Shown here in pieces: positions 1 through 9,703 of a stretch of DNA of 64,000 nt. The DNA comes from Prolixibacteraceae bacterium (GTDB lineage: Bacteria > Bacteroidota > Bacteroidia > Bacteroidales > Prolixibacteraceae), in the NCBI GenBank assembly GCA_963677935.2, contig CAXXEH010000003.1, positions 2,349,820-2,413,819 on the forward strand, written 5' to 3'. How positions within the stretch are numbered: position 1 is the stretch's first letter; each line of letters starts with the position of its first letter. Made by a program: the position numbers and the translations under genes. The notes beneath the pieces are model-generated. The model made no database searches. It was not told the DNA's origin and worked only from the letters and a program-made list of their open reading frames with translations.

Positions 1-2
1 CC

Positions 3-1616
3 AAAGATCCCCATCGTCCGAAATTCAATGATTCAAAAGGGGCGGTTGATGAGATGGATAATGCCGTCAAATCTGGGTTTGACAAATACACACGGATTGC
101 CATCAGGTTGGTGCCCGATGCATACGGAGCCAATAACCAGCAGGGGTGGTGGGACGACGAGCATTGGGCGATGTGGGGTGATCTTTCATCGACTGATGGC
201 CCAAATTACTGCTCACCCTATTTAACAACCAAAAGCTGGTGCAGTGAAGTCATAAAAAAGGGTGGCCTGCCCCTCACCTATTTTCAGTCCGGACGCCGGT
301 CAGAAGATTTTGTACGACAGCATCCCCAATTTATGCTGTTCAATGACCCGTACCGTCTGGCCACCGGACAAATAGATAAAATGAAGCGGCTGAATAAGGA
401 CCTTGGAGGAGAGTCGGGTGAAGGGTATTTCAGACAATGGTGGGCAGAAGAGGATCTGAATTGTTATGATTTTACCGATGAGGGGTTTATCAGCCACATG
501 AAAAAAGTGTACGGGAACCTTAAAGAGGCCGGAATGAAAGGTCTGATGTTCGACTATCCTGAATCGACCGCCTGGGCAATGGATGGAGGTTTTGAAGACA
601 AGCATGCAACAACGGCCTGGGCCTATCGCAATATGCTGAAGCTGGCCGACGAAGGGCTGGGAGAAGATTCCTATATCGATGAAAGGCTGATCGGCCGTGG
701 TTCCGATCTCTCCGTCGGTTTGGTTGCCTCCCAGAGGGTTTGGGGCGATAACGATCAGTTTGAACCCGAAATGGTCAGCCGTTGCGGCCTCCGCTGGTAC
801 AAGAACCGTGTGATCGTGAACTATGACCTCGACGCCAAGGATCCGTTCAAGGCAAAACCCGCAACCAACAACGAAGGTCTCAAAACATTGATGACCATGT
901 GTTATGTGGTGAGCGCCCGGTTCCTCATGGCACGTGGGTTCTACCAGCTTTCGGCAGAGCAATTGTACATCATGAGCCGGACCTTCCCTTATCATGCACT
1001 TCCTAAAAGTTCACGCCCGGTTGACGCCTTTACCAACGGGTTCAAAGTGCCCCGTGTTTTTGATTATGAAGTTAATCCGCAATGGCACCAGCTGACCCTT
1101 TATAATTCCAACAAGGATTCACTGAAAGAAGTTCTGAACACCTTCGGGGTAAACCTGGGAACTTCGCTGAATGAAGGGGGATTAGGGCTTCGTGTGGATA
1201 AAAGCTACTATTTATACGATTTCTGGAACGATCATCTCGTTGGGGAATTCAATGGGAACGACATCCTGAAGCAACAATTGCGTTCGGGTGAGACCAGGAT
1301 GATCAGCATTCACGAGGCGGAGGAAAATCCGCAATTTATCTCGACGAACCGCCACATCATGCAGGGTCTCGTCGATATGACCGGACTGCCCCAATGGAAC
1401 AGCCATACCGGCATCCTGACCGGCAAGTCGAAGGTTGTCGGAGGCGAAACCTATAAGGTTACGATCGCATTGAACGGCTATCGCCCTTTATCAGCAAAGG
1501 CAAAAAATGCAAGGGTAGAAATACTGGCTACAGATAAAAGATCAGGACTGGCAGTAATGTCGGTAAATGCTGACACCAACTGTGAAGTGGAATGGAGTAT
1601 CGCCTTTAAGAAATAG
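3..1616 (+). CDS. 5'-truncated (runs off window start) glycoside-hydrolase-like protein, candidate clan GH-D (GH27/GH36 alpha-galactosidase-like) fold
   Basis: The frame is open from nt 3 through the ATG at 54 (KDPHRPKFNDSKGAVDE-MDNAV...), so the true start lies upstream of the window. Stop is TAG at 1614-1616. GMKGLMFDYPE and ASQRVWGDN resemble the nucleophile and acid/base strands of GH27/36 enzymes. The family call is by eye only. Confidence 0.55.
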   Translation, partial: KDPHRPKFNDSKGAVDEMDNAVKSGFDKYTRIAIRLVPDAYGANNQQGWWDDEHWAMWGDLSSTDGPNYCSPYLTTKSWCSEVIKKGGLPLTYFQSGRRSEDFVRQHPQFMLFNDPYRLATGQIDKMKRLNKDLGGESGEGYFRQWWAEEDLNCYDFTDEGFISHMKKVYGNLKEAGMKGLMFDYPESTAWAMDGGFEDKHATTAWAYRNMLKLADEGLGEDSYIDERLIGRGSDLSVGLVASQRVWGDNDQFEPEMVSRCGLRWYKNRVIVNYDLDAKDPFKAKPATNNEGLKTLMTMCYVVSARFLMARGFYQLSAEQLYIMSRTFPYHALPKSSRPVDAFTNGFKVPRVFDYEVNPQWHQLTLYNSNKDSLKEVLNTFGVNLGTSLNEGGLGLRVDKSYYLYDFWNDHLVGEFNGNDILKQQLRSGETRMISIHEAEENPQFISTNRHIMQGLVDMTGLPQWNSHTGILTGKSKVVGGETYKVTIALNGYRPLSAKAKNARVEILATDKRSGLAVMSVNADTNCEVEWSIAFKK

Positions 1617-1622
1617 CGACAT

Positions 1623-2189
1623 TTAATCTTTCAGTGAATCAGAGCTGAAAAATGCATTCAAACATTTTAAAATTCCTTTGTTCCGCTCGAGCTTTTTTAC
1701 GGGGGAGAGACCTATTTGATTTCTGACCAGGTTAACATTTTCCAATGAGGGGATCTCCCCATGTTTTGCCACACCGGCTCTTAACAGGTAAACAGTTTTT
1801 AGGGTTGAGCCTTTAAAACGAATGGTTAAAGGTCCGCTCCTTGCAGGATGCAGGTGGATATACCGTTCAGACTCATTACTTTTTCGGACAATCCATTCTG
1901 AGTGGTCTTCCAGTTTAATCTGCCGGTATCCGGTGGATGATCCGAGCCAACGGGTGAATGCATCCACCTGATAGACTTGATTTGATTTTAAAAAAGCGAT
2001 AACCGAATTACCAATCGCTTCAGTAGTCATTTCTCCGGTGTAAATATCAATATAATTGTTACATACCGGATCCAATAATCCGGTAAGCATTTCTGGAGTG
2101 ACCTCTTCAAGGATGCTCAAAATAAAATTCCGGTGGTGTTTAAAAGGATTAAACCGGACAGGAAACGGTATGTCAGACTCATCTGCCAT
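1623..2189 (-). CDS. hypothetical protein (188 aa), no family recognised
   Basis: Clean ATG-started ORF filling the gap between two plus-strand genes. No motif recognised. Confidence 0.6.
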   Translation of the reverse strand: MADESDIPFPVRFNPFKHHRNFILSILEEVTPEMLTGLLDPVCNNYIDIYTGEMTTEAIGNSVIAFLKSNQVYQVDAFTRWLGSSTGYRQIKLEDHSEWIVRKSNESERYIHLHPARSGPLTIRFKGSTLKTVYLLRAGVAKHGEIPSLENVNLVRNQIGLSPVKKLERNKGILKCLNAFFSSDSLKD

Positions 2190-2303
2190 AACAACAATTT
2201 AATTAATAAAGATAACAAACAAATCAGACTGAAAAAGAGTTGCTGCAATATTAAACCTAAATTATAACGAATATTTCCTAAGTTTGTGGCCTAAACTTGA
2301 AAA

Positions 2304-2861
2304 ATGGTTTCCGATTCGGCAAATAGTTTTAACGCTGTTTATACGACCTATTACAGAAAGTCCTTTCTTTTTGTAAAGTCGTACGTGCATGATGAACTGA
2401 TTGCAGAAGATATTGTATCTGAATCACTGATCAAACTGTGGGAACAGATGAAGCTCCAACCCATTGAACATGTTCAATCCTACCTGTTCACCATATTAAA
2501 GAACAGTTCGCTTGACCATTTGAAACATGAATCTGTAGAGCGTAAGGCGTTCAAATCATTAAATGAGCATCTGCTGCGCGAGCACGAGATTCGTATTTCG
2601 GTATTGCAGGCTTGCGATCCCAATGAGATCTTTTCGACCGAGATCGAGCGAATCATTCGGGAAACCCTTGCCACCCTTCCCGAAAAAAGTCGGAATATTT
2701 TTATGATGAGCCGGTTTGAGAATAAATCCAACAAGGAGATTGCCGAAACCTTCGATATCTCGGTAAAAGGGGTTGACTACCATATCGCATTAGCGTTAAA
2801 ATCGTTAAGAGTTTCTTTGAAAGATTACCTTCCAGTTTTTGTATACTTATTTATAAGATAA
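2304..2861 (+). CDS. ECF-type RNA polymerase sigma-70 family factor (PUL regulator)
   Basis: 185 aa with a region-2-like segment (DELIAEDIVSESLIKLWE) and a region-4 HTH (SNKEIAETFDISVKGVDYHIALALKSLR). It lies upstream of FecR and an STN-bearing SusC. Confidence 0.85.
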   Translation: MVSDSANSFNAVYTTYYRKSFLFVKSYVHDELIAEDIVSESLIKLWEQMKLQPIEHVQSYLFTILKNSSLDHLKHESVERKAFKSLNEHLLREHEIRISVLQACDPNEIFSTEIERIIRETLATLPEKSRNIFMMSRFENKSNKEIAETFDISVKGVDYHIALALKSLRVSLKDYLPVFVYLFIR

Positions 2862-2880
2862 AGGAATCAAATTGATAAGA

Positions 2881-2990
2881 AGCGGCTGGCGGCTGTGTAC
2901 TGGCTACAGGCAACTGGCGGCTGATAACTTGCGGCTGGGAACTGGCTAATGGTAACTGGCCACTGGCTAATGGTAACTGGCGGCTGGCTT
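2881..2990. repeat. GC-rich short-motif repeat tract (CTGGC / AACTGGC / GGCTAATGG units)
   Basis: The unit actggctaatggtaactggc occurs twice in tandem (2941-2960 and 2962-2981), flanked by ggctggcggctg and caactggcggctg variants. Related tracts occur at 25711-25762 and near 29960-29990. Confidence 0.8.
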
Positions 2991-3107
2991 GAATTTATTA
3001 TCCGATAAAATCTTTGTTTTTGTAGGGAAAGGGAAAGGTCAATATTAGATTAGGAAAATGAGACTTGAAGTTATGACCTTAGTAAATCTCTACTTCTGAA
3101 TGAAAGT

Positions 3108-3358
3108 GAGATTCCTCATTCCGTTGCACTGCATTCGGAATGACAATGAAATGTGTTTATGGTGTGGGGTGACGGGGCGGCGTTGCCGCCCCGTCACCCC
3201 ACACACACTTCAATGGGATGGATGTCATTCCGAACGCAGTGAGGAATCTCCATTTTTAAATCTCCATTAGAATGCTGTCATTAGTAACGCAGTGAGGAAT
3301 CTCCTTATTTAAAAAACCAAAATAATGCTGTCTTTGGTAGCGTAGCGAAGAATCTTTA
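3108..3358. repeat. cluster of ~28-bp 'tgtcattccgaacgcagtgaggaatctc'-type extragenic repeats (1 inverted + 3 direct copies)
   Basis: The inverted copy is at 3108-3145 and carries a 10-nt insert. Direct copies are at 3224-3251, about 3276-3303 and about 3329-3356 and are progressively degenerate. Each unit has an internal attcc/ggaat stem. Confidence 0.85.
3162..3204. other. perfect 20-bp GC-rich hairpin (3-nt loop) nested between the inverted repeat copies
   Basis: gtgtggggtgacggggcggc-gtt-gccgccccgtcaccccacac. The arms are exact reverse complements. No T-run follows, so it is not a classical intrinsic terminator. Confidence 0.9.
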
Positions 3359-3480
3359 ATTTTCCCCCTTGACAATAGTGAAAAATAAATCATTTCTCTC
3401 CTAGTGATCCAATCCTTTGAATCGTCTTAATAACCGGAAGGGGAATTTAACCGGTTCCCTTTCAAAAATCTAATTTCATT

Positions 3481-4425
3481 ATGAACCAGGAATCGTTGAT
3501 ACGTTACATTACAGGGGATACCACCGAAACTGAAAAAGCGGAGATGGCGCAATGGCTCGATGCCAATCCCGAAAACATGCGGGAGTTCCTCGCCTTTCGC
3601 AAATTGTACGATATCACCCTTTGGCAGGAGGAGAATAAAGAAACAAAAATAATCAGCCCTTCGAAAAAAGAATTTAAAGTCAGAAAGCTGGTTGTTGAAG
3701 CATTAAAAGTAGCAGCCATATTTGTTGTTGCTCTGGTTGGTACCCGATATTTTCTGCCATCTTCAACCGAAAGTGAACCGGTTGCGATGCAAACCATATA
3801 TGTTCCGGCTGGGCAACGGGCTGAGTTAACCCTTTCAGATGGCACAAAGGTATGGCTGAATGCAAAAACTACTTTTGTTTTTCCCAACCTTTTCTCAGAT
3901 AAAAGTCGGAATGTTACTCTTGATGGCGAAGGGTATTTCGAGGTGGCAACCGATAAGAAGCATCCCTTTATCGTAAAAACCGAAAAGTATGATGTAAAAG
4001 TCTGGGGGACACAATTTAATGTGATGGCCTACGCCGGCAAACCGTTTTTTGAGACTTCATTAATTGAAGGCTCGGTTGAATTGCTCAATCCGGGAGAAAA
4101 TAAAGGGGTATTTATAAAACCAAACGAACGGATTTTTCTCGAAAATGATCGTTTGATTCGTACGGCCATCAGCGACTTCAACCATTTTCTCTGGAAAGAG
4201 GGGCTGATCAGTTTTGATGACGAGTCGTTCCCTGAGATGGTCACAAAGCTGGAGCTATACTTCGATCTGAAGATCAATTTGAATAACAACAGGATATTAA
4301 AGAACCGTTATACCGGGAAATTCCGCACGAAGGATGGCGTTGAGCATATCCTGAAGGTGCTTCAGTTGAGTAATCAATTTAAATTCAGGATTGACGACAA
4401 ACTTAACATTATTACAATTGAATAA
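3481..4425 (+). CDS. FecR-family anti-sigma factor / transmembrane sensor
   Basis: 314 aa with an N-terminal cytoplasmic segment and a single TM (VVEALKVAAIFVVALVG). The periplasmic part is FecR-like (GQRAELTLSDGTKVWLNAKT, GEGYFEV). It sits between the ECF sigma and SusC. Confidence 0.85.
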   Translation: MNQESLIRYITGDTTETEKAEMAQWLDANPENMREFLAFRKLYDITLWQEENKETKIISPSKKEFKVRKLVVEALKVAAIFVVALVGTRYFLPSSTESEPVAMQTIYVPAGQRAELTLSDGTKVWLNAKTTFVFPNLFSDKSRNVTLDGEGYFEVATDKKHPFIVKTEKYDVKVWGTQFNVMAYAGKPFFETSLIEGSVELLNPGENKGVFIKPNERIFLENDRLIRTAISDFNHFLWKEGLISFDDESFPEMVTKLELYFDLKINLNNNRILKNRYTGKFRTKDGVEHILKVLQLSNQFKFRIDDKLNIITIE

Positions 4426-4575
4426 ACAAACCGATGTCTGACTAACACTCAATTGCCTATGGATTAAAAATTTGCGATTAAAAAAAGCCGGACAATGCGT
4501 CAACATTTTCCGGCTGGCGGTCAAAACCCGATCCCTCTTAAAAAATCAAGTATCAACCAATAAAAAAACAAATGT

Positions 4576-7500
4576 ATGAAATTTAATTTGTTCAGAGAAA
4601 CTAATGTCTCAACTAAACAAATCATTCGAAAGATGAGAATCACATTCCTTCTGCTTTTTATACTTGCCTCCGGGGTATTTGCCACTCCGGGCAGTTCGCA
4701 GGTTGCAAAAGTATCCATTAACCTCAAAAACGCAACTGTGGCAAAGGTGATCGATGCCATTGAAAAACAAACTGATTACCTGTTTGTCTACAGTAAAAAT
4801 GAAATTGATCTTACCCGCGAAGTGTCGGTCGATGCCGATCAGCAGGCTGTCGCTGAAGTTTTATCCAACTTGTTCGATAAAACAGATATCGTTTACGCGA
4901 TGGAAGGAACCAATATTATGCTGATGCTAAAAAACAGCGCCCAGCAAAACGGAAGAAATATTTCAGGGAAAGTCTCAGATCAATCCGGTACACCTCTTCC
5001 CGGCGTCACTGTCGTCGTTAAAGGGACGACTTCAGGTGTAACAACCAATATCATGGGAAATTACTCGCTTTCAAATATTCCCGAAAATGCCTCTTTGGTG
5101 TTTTCGTTTGTAGGGATGAAAACACAAGAAATTAGTATTGAAAAACAAGATGTTATCAATGTAACAATGAGGGACGAAACGATCGGGATTAGCGAATTTG
5201 TTGTTACGGCCTTAGGGATTACACGTGAAAAGAAAGGATTGGGCTATGCCGTTCAGGAAATAAAAGGCGACCAGTTAAACGTCGCACGTGAAACAAACTT
5301 TGTTAATTCACTGGCAGGAAGGGTTGCAGGTGTTAATATTGTATCGGGTGGAGCTGTTGGCTCTACTTCGAGAATCACCATGCGTGGCGAATCATCGTTA
5401 TCATTACAATCAAACCAGCCATTATTTGTCATCGACGGAGTCCCGATGGGGAACGATGGGGTATCTAATTCTACATCAGCTGATTATGGAAATAGTTCGG
5501 GCGAAGTAAACCCTGCAGATGTTGAATCGATGACCGTATTAAAAGGTCCGGCAGCCTCCGCTTTATACGGTTCACGGGCAGCCAACGGAGCTATTGTTAT
5601 TGTAACCAAGTCGGGCAAGCAGGGCAAAGGAATTGGTGTTACGGTCAATTCCGGTACAACGTTCGAAACGCTCTTGCGCTTACCTAAGTTCCAGAATAAA
5701 TTTGGACAGGGAAATAACGGTTTATACGATGGCTCAAACTTCGGGAAGAGCAGTTCGATTTATCCCGATGGGATAAATGACAATTTCGATGAAAGCTGGG
5801 GCCCTCGTCTGGATGTTGGCACATTGGAAAAACAATATTTTTCACCTACAATAGGCGGAATCCGTGGAGGCGATGTTGACAATCCTAACCGAGGGGACAT
5901 AATAGCAACCCACTGGATATCAAGACCAAACAATATACGCGATTTTTTTGATGTAGGGCATACTTACTATAACAACATTGCTCTGACCGGATCGAACGAA
6001 AATGGCGATTTCAGGGTATCGTACACCAATCTGGACGAAAAGGGTGTAATCCCCAATAATAACCTTACTCGAAATACGGTTGCATTCAAATCATCGTATA
6101 ATCTCACGAAAAAAATAAGAGTCAATGTTTCAGCCGATTACGTTAAAACTACCAGCACAAACAGACCTGACAACGGCTATGGCCGTAATACATTTATGTA
6201 TTTTACCACCTGGTTTGGCCGAAATTGTGATATGAATGCCCTGAAAGACTACTGGCAAACCGGGTTGAATGGTATTAAACAGTTTCAGTATAACTATGGA
6301 GAAAACCATAACAACCCTTTCTTCTTACAATACGAAAATACAAAAGGCCAGAGTAAAGATCGTTTATATGGCAATATCTCGTTGAACTACGACATTACCA
6401 AGAAATTAAGTTTCATGGGTCGGGTTGGTACGGATGTGTATAACGATTTTCGCCCAATGAAATGGGCTGTTAGCACAGTCGGTTATGAGAAAGGCAGTTA
6501 TCGCGAAGATTATCTTTATTATCAGGAACAGAATTTTGACTTCCTGCTCACATGGAAAGAGCATGTAGGTCAGGACTTTAATTACAGGGCTTCGCTGGGC
6601 GGGAACAGCATGGACAAACAGAACCGATATAGATCGGTTGTGGCTCCAACCTTGTTAATCCCCGGGCTGTATTCCATTGCCAACAGTGCATCGTCATTCC
6701 AGGTTAGTTCATATACTTCGCATAAACGTGTTAACAGCTTGTATGCTTTTACCCAATTGGATTATAAAAGCACATACTATCTTGATTTAACGTTAAGAAA
6801 CGACTGGTCAAGTACCTTGCCATCAGGCAGCAATTCATATCTTTACCCATCTGTGTCCTTTAGCACCCTGGTCGAAAATATTGTAAATCTCCCTGAGTGG
6901 GTTAATCAGGCAAAAATCAGGATGGGTGTGGCTGGCGTTGGAAATGACACGAATCCCTATTCGTTAAGGAGTTCTTATGCTTTTGTAAATCCTACCTGGG
7001 GCGATTCTTACGCTTTAACATCGGGCAGTGCATTGCTGAACACCGAATTGATGCCGGAAAAAGTGTTCACGTATGAATTTGGATCGGAAATTAAACTTTT
7101 CGATAATCGCGTAAACCTCGATTTTACCTTCTACGATATTCGTTCAAAAAATCAGATTATTCAATTGCCTTTGGCTAAATCATCAGGTTATGGTTCAAGG
7201 ATGGTAAATGCAGGCGAAATACAAAACAAAGGATTTGAAGTCATGCTTAATGTAGTTCCGGTTAAAACTGTCGATTTTAGGTGGGATGCAACCATTAATT
7301 TCTCGACCAATCGGGGGAAGGTATTAAAACTCGTATCGGGCGTCGACAAGATTGTTCAAGCTGCTGAAGCCGAAGATGTTGCAACTGAAGCAGTTGTTGG
7401 CGAAAGGACGGGCGCTTTGTATGGACCAGGTTATCAAAGAGTTGAAAGCGGAGATTTGAAAGGACAAATGATCATTGCAAGCAACGGTTCACCATTGGCT

Positions 7501-8127
7501 ACTTCAAGTTACATGTGCCTGGGAAATGCCAACCCCGATTGGATAGGAAGCCTTTCAAATGAGTTTGTATATAAAAATATCATGTTGGGTGTGCTTGTCG
7601 ATGTTCACTATGGTGGACAGTTCGTTTCCAGGTTTTACAACAAAGCCAATGGAGCTGGCCAGTTAGTCGAAAGTCTTAAAGGAAGGGAAGCCAGACCTGT
7701 TGGTCAGGAATACACCGATAATTACTATTTGGAAGGAGCTGCATTGGTTAATGGCGTATATGTTCCCAACAGTACAAGTACCGATGGCACTTACAGCCAG
7801 GGAGTTTACGGTACATCTGCACGCTCTTTCATTAAAAAATTAACCGACCATATCCCCGAAGGCCAAACCTTTGACGCCACTTACATGAAACTAAGGGAAG
7901 TGAAGTTGGGGTACTCTATCCCAAGCAAGGTGTTCAATCATTTGATAAAAGATGTTACGATCTCGCTTGTTGGACGTAATTTACTTCTATGGACACCCAA
8001 AAGCAATCAGCATTTCGATCCCGAAGTTTCGATTGCTACCTCCGGAAATGGTATCGTACCAGGTCAGGAGAATATGGCACTTCCTTCGACCCGAAGTTAT
8101 GGTTTTAACCTAAGTTTAAAATTCTAA
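4576..8127 (+). CDS. SusC/RagA-family TonB-dependent outer-membrane transporter with N-terminal STN signalling extension
   Basis: 1183 aa. It has an STN-like segment (INLKNATVAKVIDAIEKQTDYLFVY), a carboxypeptidase-regulatory-like fold (GKVSDQSGTPLPGVTVVVKGT), a plug (VLKGPAASALYGSRAANGAIVI) and a barrel ending GFNLSLKF. An alternative start is the Met at 4633. Confidence 0.9.
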   Translation: MKFNLFRETNVSTKQIIRKMRITFLLLFILASGVFATPGSSQVAKVSINLKNATVAKVIDAIEKQTDYLFVYSKNEIDLTREVSVDADQQAVAEVLSNLFDKTDIVYAMEGTNIMLMLKNSAQQNGRNISGKVSDQSGTPLPGVTVVVKGTTSGVTTNIMGNYSLSNIPENASLVFSFVGMKTQEISIEKQDVINVTMRDETIGISEFVVTALGITREKKGLGYAVQEIKGDQLNVARETNFVNSLAGRVAGVNIVSGGAVGSTSRITMRGESSLSLQSNQPLFVIDGVPMGNDGVSNSTSADYGNSSGEVNPADVESMTVLKGPAASALYGSRAANGAIVIVTKSGKQGKGIGVTVNSGTTFETLLRLPKFQNKFGQGNNGLYDGSNFGKSSSIYPDGINDNFDESWGPRLDVGTLEKQYFSPTIGGIRGGDVDNPNRGDIIATHWISRPNNIRDFFDVGHTYYNNIALTGSNENGDFRVSYTNLDEKGVIPNNNLTRNTVAFKSSYNLTKKIRVNVSADYVKTTSTNRPDNGYGRNTFMYFTTWFGRNCDMNALKDYWQTGLNGIKQFQYNYGENHNNPFFLQYENTKGQSKDRLYGNISLNYDITKKLSFMGRVGTDVYNDFRPMKWAVSTVGYEKGSYREDYLYYQEQNFDFLLTWKEHVGQDFNYRASLGGNSMDKQNRYRSVVAPTLLIPGLYSIANSASSFQVSSYTSHKRVNSLYAFTQLDYKSTYYLDLTLRNDWSSTLPSGSNSYLYPSVSFSTLVENIVNLPEWVNQAKIRMGVAGVGNDTNPYSLRSSYAFVNPTWGDSYALTSGSALLNTELMPEKVFTYEFGSEIKLFDNRVNLDFTFYDIRSKNQIIQLPLAKSSGYGSRMVNAGEIQNKGFEVMLNVVPVKTVDFRWDATINFSTNRGKVLKLVSGVDKIVQAAEAEDVATEAVVGERTGALYGPGYQRVESGDLKGQMIIASNGSPLATSSYMCLGNANPDWIGSLSNEFVYKNIMLGVLVDVHYGGQFVSRFYNKANGAGQLVESLKGREARPVGQEYTDNYYLEGAALVNGVYVPNSTSTDGTYSQGVYGTSARSFIKKLTDHIPEGQTFDATYMKLREVKLGYSIPSKVFNHLIKDVTISLVGRNLLLWTPKSNQHFDPEVSIATSGNGIVPGQENMALPSTRSYGFNLSLKF

Positions 8128-8138
8128 TCTGAACAAAA

Positions 8139-9671
8139 ATGAAAAATAGAGTTAAAATTCTGATAATCTGTTTATTTTCGAGTTTCATCATTGGTAGCTG
8201 TACGGCAGATTTTGAGGAAATCAATACAAACCCAAATGAAACAGATAACATAACCAACCCAGGTCTTTTGCTTCCAAATATTATCCGCTCGTATTCTGAT
8301 AATTTATGGATTGCTTCCTTGTCGCGTGGGAGTGTATTCTCCGACCAGCTTTCCGATCAGTTTGCAAGTTGCTATACCAATTTGTCCAGATCAGATGCAA
8401 CTGGTTATTACTTGTGGGATTTCTATTCGATTTACAGAAACCTATCGAATGCCATTACCATATCCGAACATCAGGGATATGATAATTACAAAGGCATCTT
8501 CCTGGTTATGAAATGTTTGGTATTCCAGTCGTTAACCGATCTTTATGGACCAATACCATATAGCGAGGCCGGAATGGCCGCTCAGGGCATTAATTTTGCC
8601 AAATACGACTCGCAGGAAGATATTTATAAAGGTATTCTTTCTGATCTGGAAAAAGCAAATTCGATCCTGGGAACAACAAGCGAAGTCGTAACCGGGGACA
8701 TTCTTTATAACGGAGATTTAAGAAAGTGGAAGATGTTTGCCAATGCACTCCATTTGAGGATATTGCTTCGTCAGAGCGATCGGGTGAACCCGTCGGATGA
8801 GATGCAGAAAATAATAAGTGCCCCGTCAACCTACCCGTTGTTTGCATCGAATGCCGACCAGGCCGCGCTACAATACCTGGCAACCAAAGAAAATGCCCAT
8901 CCATGCTACCGGGGGAATGTCAGTAACTATTCTTCTTCATACAAATTATCGTATAATATGGAAACCCAGTTAAAAGCGATTAATGACCCGCGCCTGGCCT
9001 TATTTGCTATGCCCACACCAGCCTCGTCAAGTACAAACACCCCGCAATATTTTGGTGTACCTAATGGGATTAGCGATGCAGCAGCCAATGTTTGGAATGG
9101 AGGTACTTCATATCAGTCAGCACCTGGCCTTATGTGGGCTCCTTATGCCTATAACTCGACCTACGCCTCGATGACTGCTTCTCAGACTGTTATTATTTCT
9201 TACTCTGAAATTCAGTTTATTTTAGCCGAGGCCAGGGAACGAGGGTTTATAACTACCGGAAATGCTGAAACGTACTACCTTAATGGTGTTAAAAGTCAAT
9301 TTTCCTATTATGCAAGTCGTATCCCTTCCAATTTCGTAAGGCCTACCGCTTCACAACTCACCCCCATCGATAGTTATTTTGTACAGTCAAAAGTTGCTTA
9401 TTCAGGGACAAAAACCGATAAATTGACAAAAATCTATACCCAAAAATGGATTTCGCTCTTTTTGTGTGGGTTCGAAGCCTGGTCGGAATGGAGACGGGTT
9501 GGAGTTCCTACTATTACTCCAGGTCCCGATAGCGGAGGCTCTATCCCTTCTCGGGTAATCTACCCATCTGACGAACTGACGATTAATACCGAGAACTATA
9601 ATACGGCCGTTCAGATGCTTGGAACAGGTGGAGATGCCATCACAACCCATGTTTGGTGGGATATAAAGTAA
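8139..9671 (+). CDS. SusD/RagB-family nutrient-binding outer-membrane lipoprotein
   Basis: 510 aa, starting 11 nt after the SusC stop. It has a lipoprotein signal (FIIGSC) followed by TADFEEINTNPNE, typical of SusD-like proteins. Confidence 0.8.
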   Translation: MKNRVKILIICLFSSFIIGSCTADFEEINTNPNETDNITNPGLLLPNIIRSYSDNLWIASLSRGSVFSDQLSDQFASCYTNLSRSDATGYYLWDFYSIYRNLSNAITISEHQGYDNYKGIFLVMKCLVFQSLTDLYGPIPYSEAGMAAQGINFAKYDSQEDIYKGILSDLEKANSILGTTSEVVTGDILYNGDLRKWKMFANALHLRILLRQSDRVNPSDEMQKIISAPSTYPLFASNADQAALQYLATKENAHPCYRGNVSNYSSSYKLSYNMETQLKAINDPRLALFAMPTPASSSTNTPQYFGVPNGISDAAANVWNGGTSYQSAPGLMWAPYAYNSTYASMTASQTVIISYSEIQFILAEARERGFITTGNAETYYLNGVKSQFSYYASRIPSNFVRPTASQLTPIDSYFVQSKVAYSGTKTDKLTKIYTQKWISLFLCGFEAWSEWRRVGVPTITPGPDSGGSIPSRVIYPSDELTINTENYNTAVQMLGTGGDAITTHVWWDIK

Positions 9672-9703
9672 TAGGTTTTGTAAAAACATTTAAAAAAAAT
9701 ATC

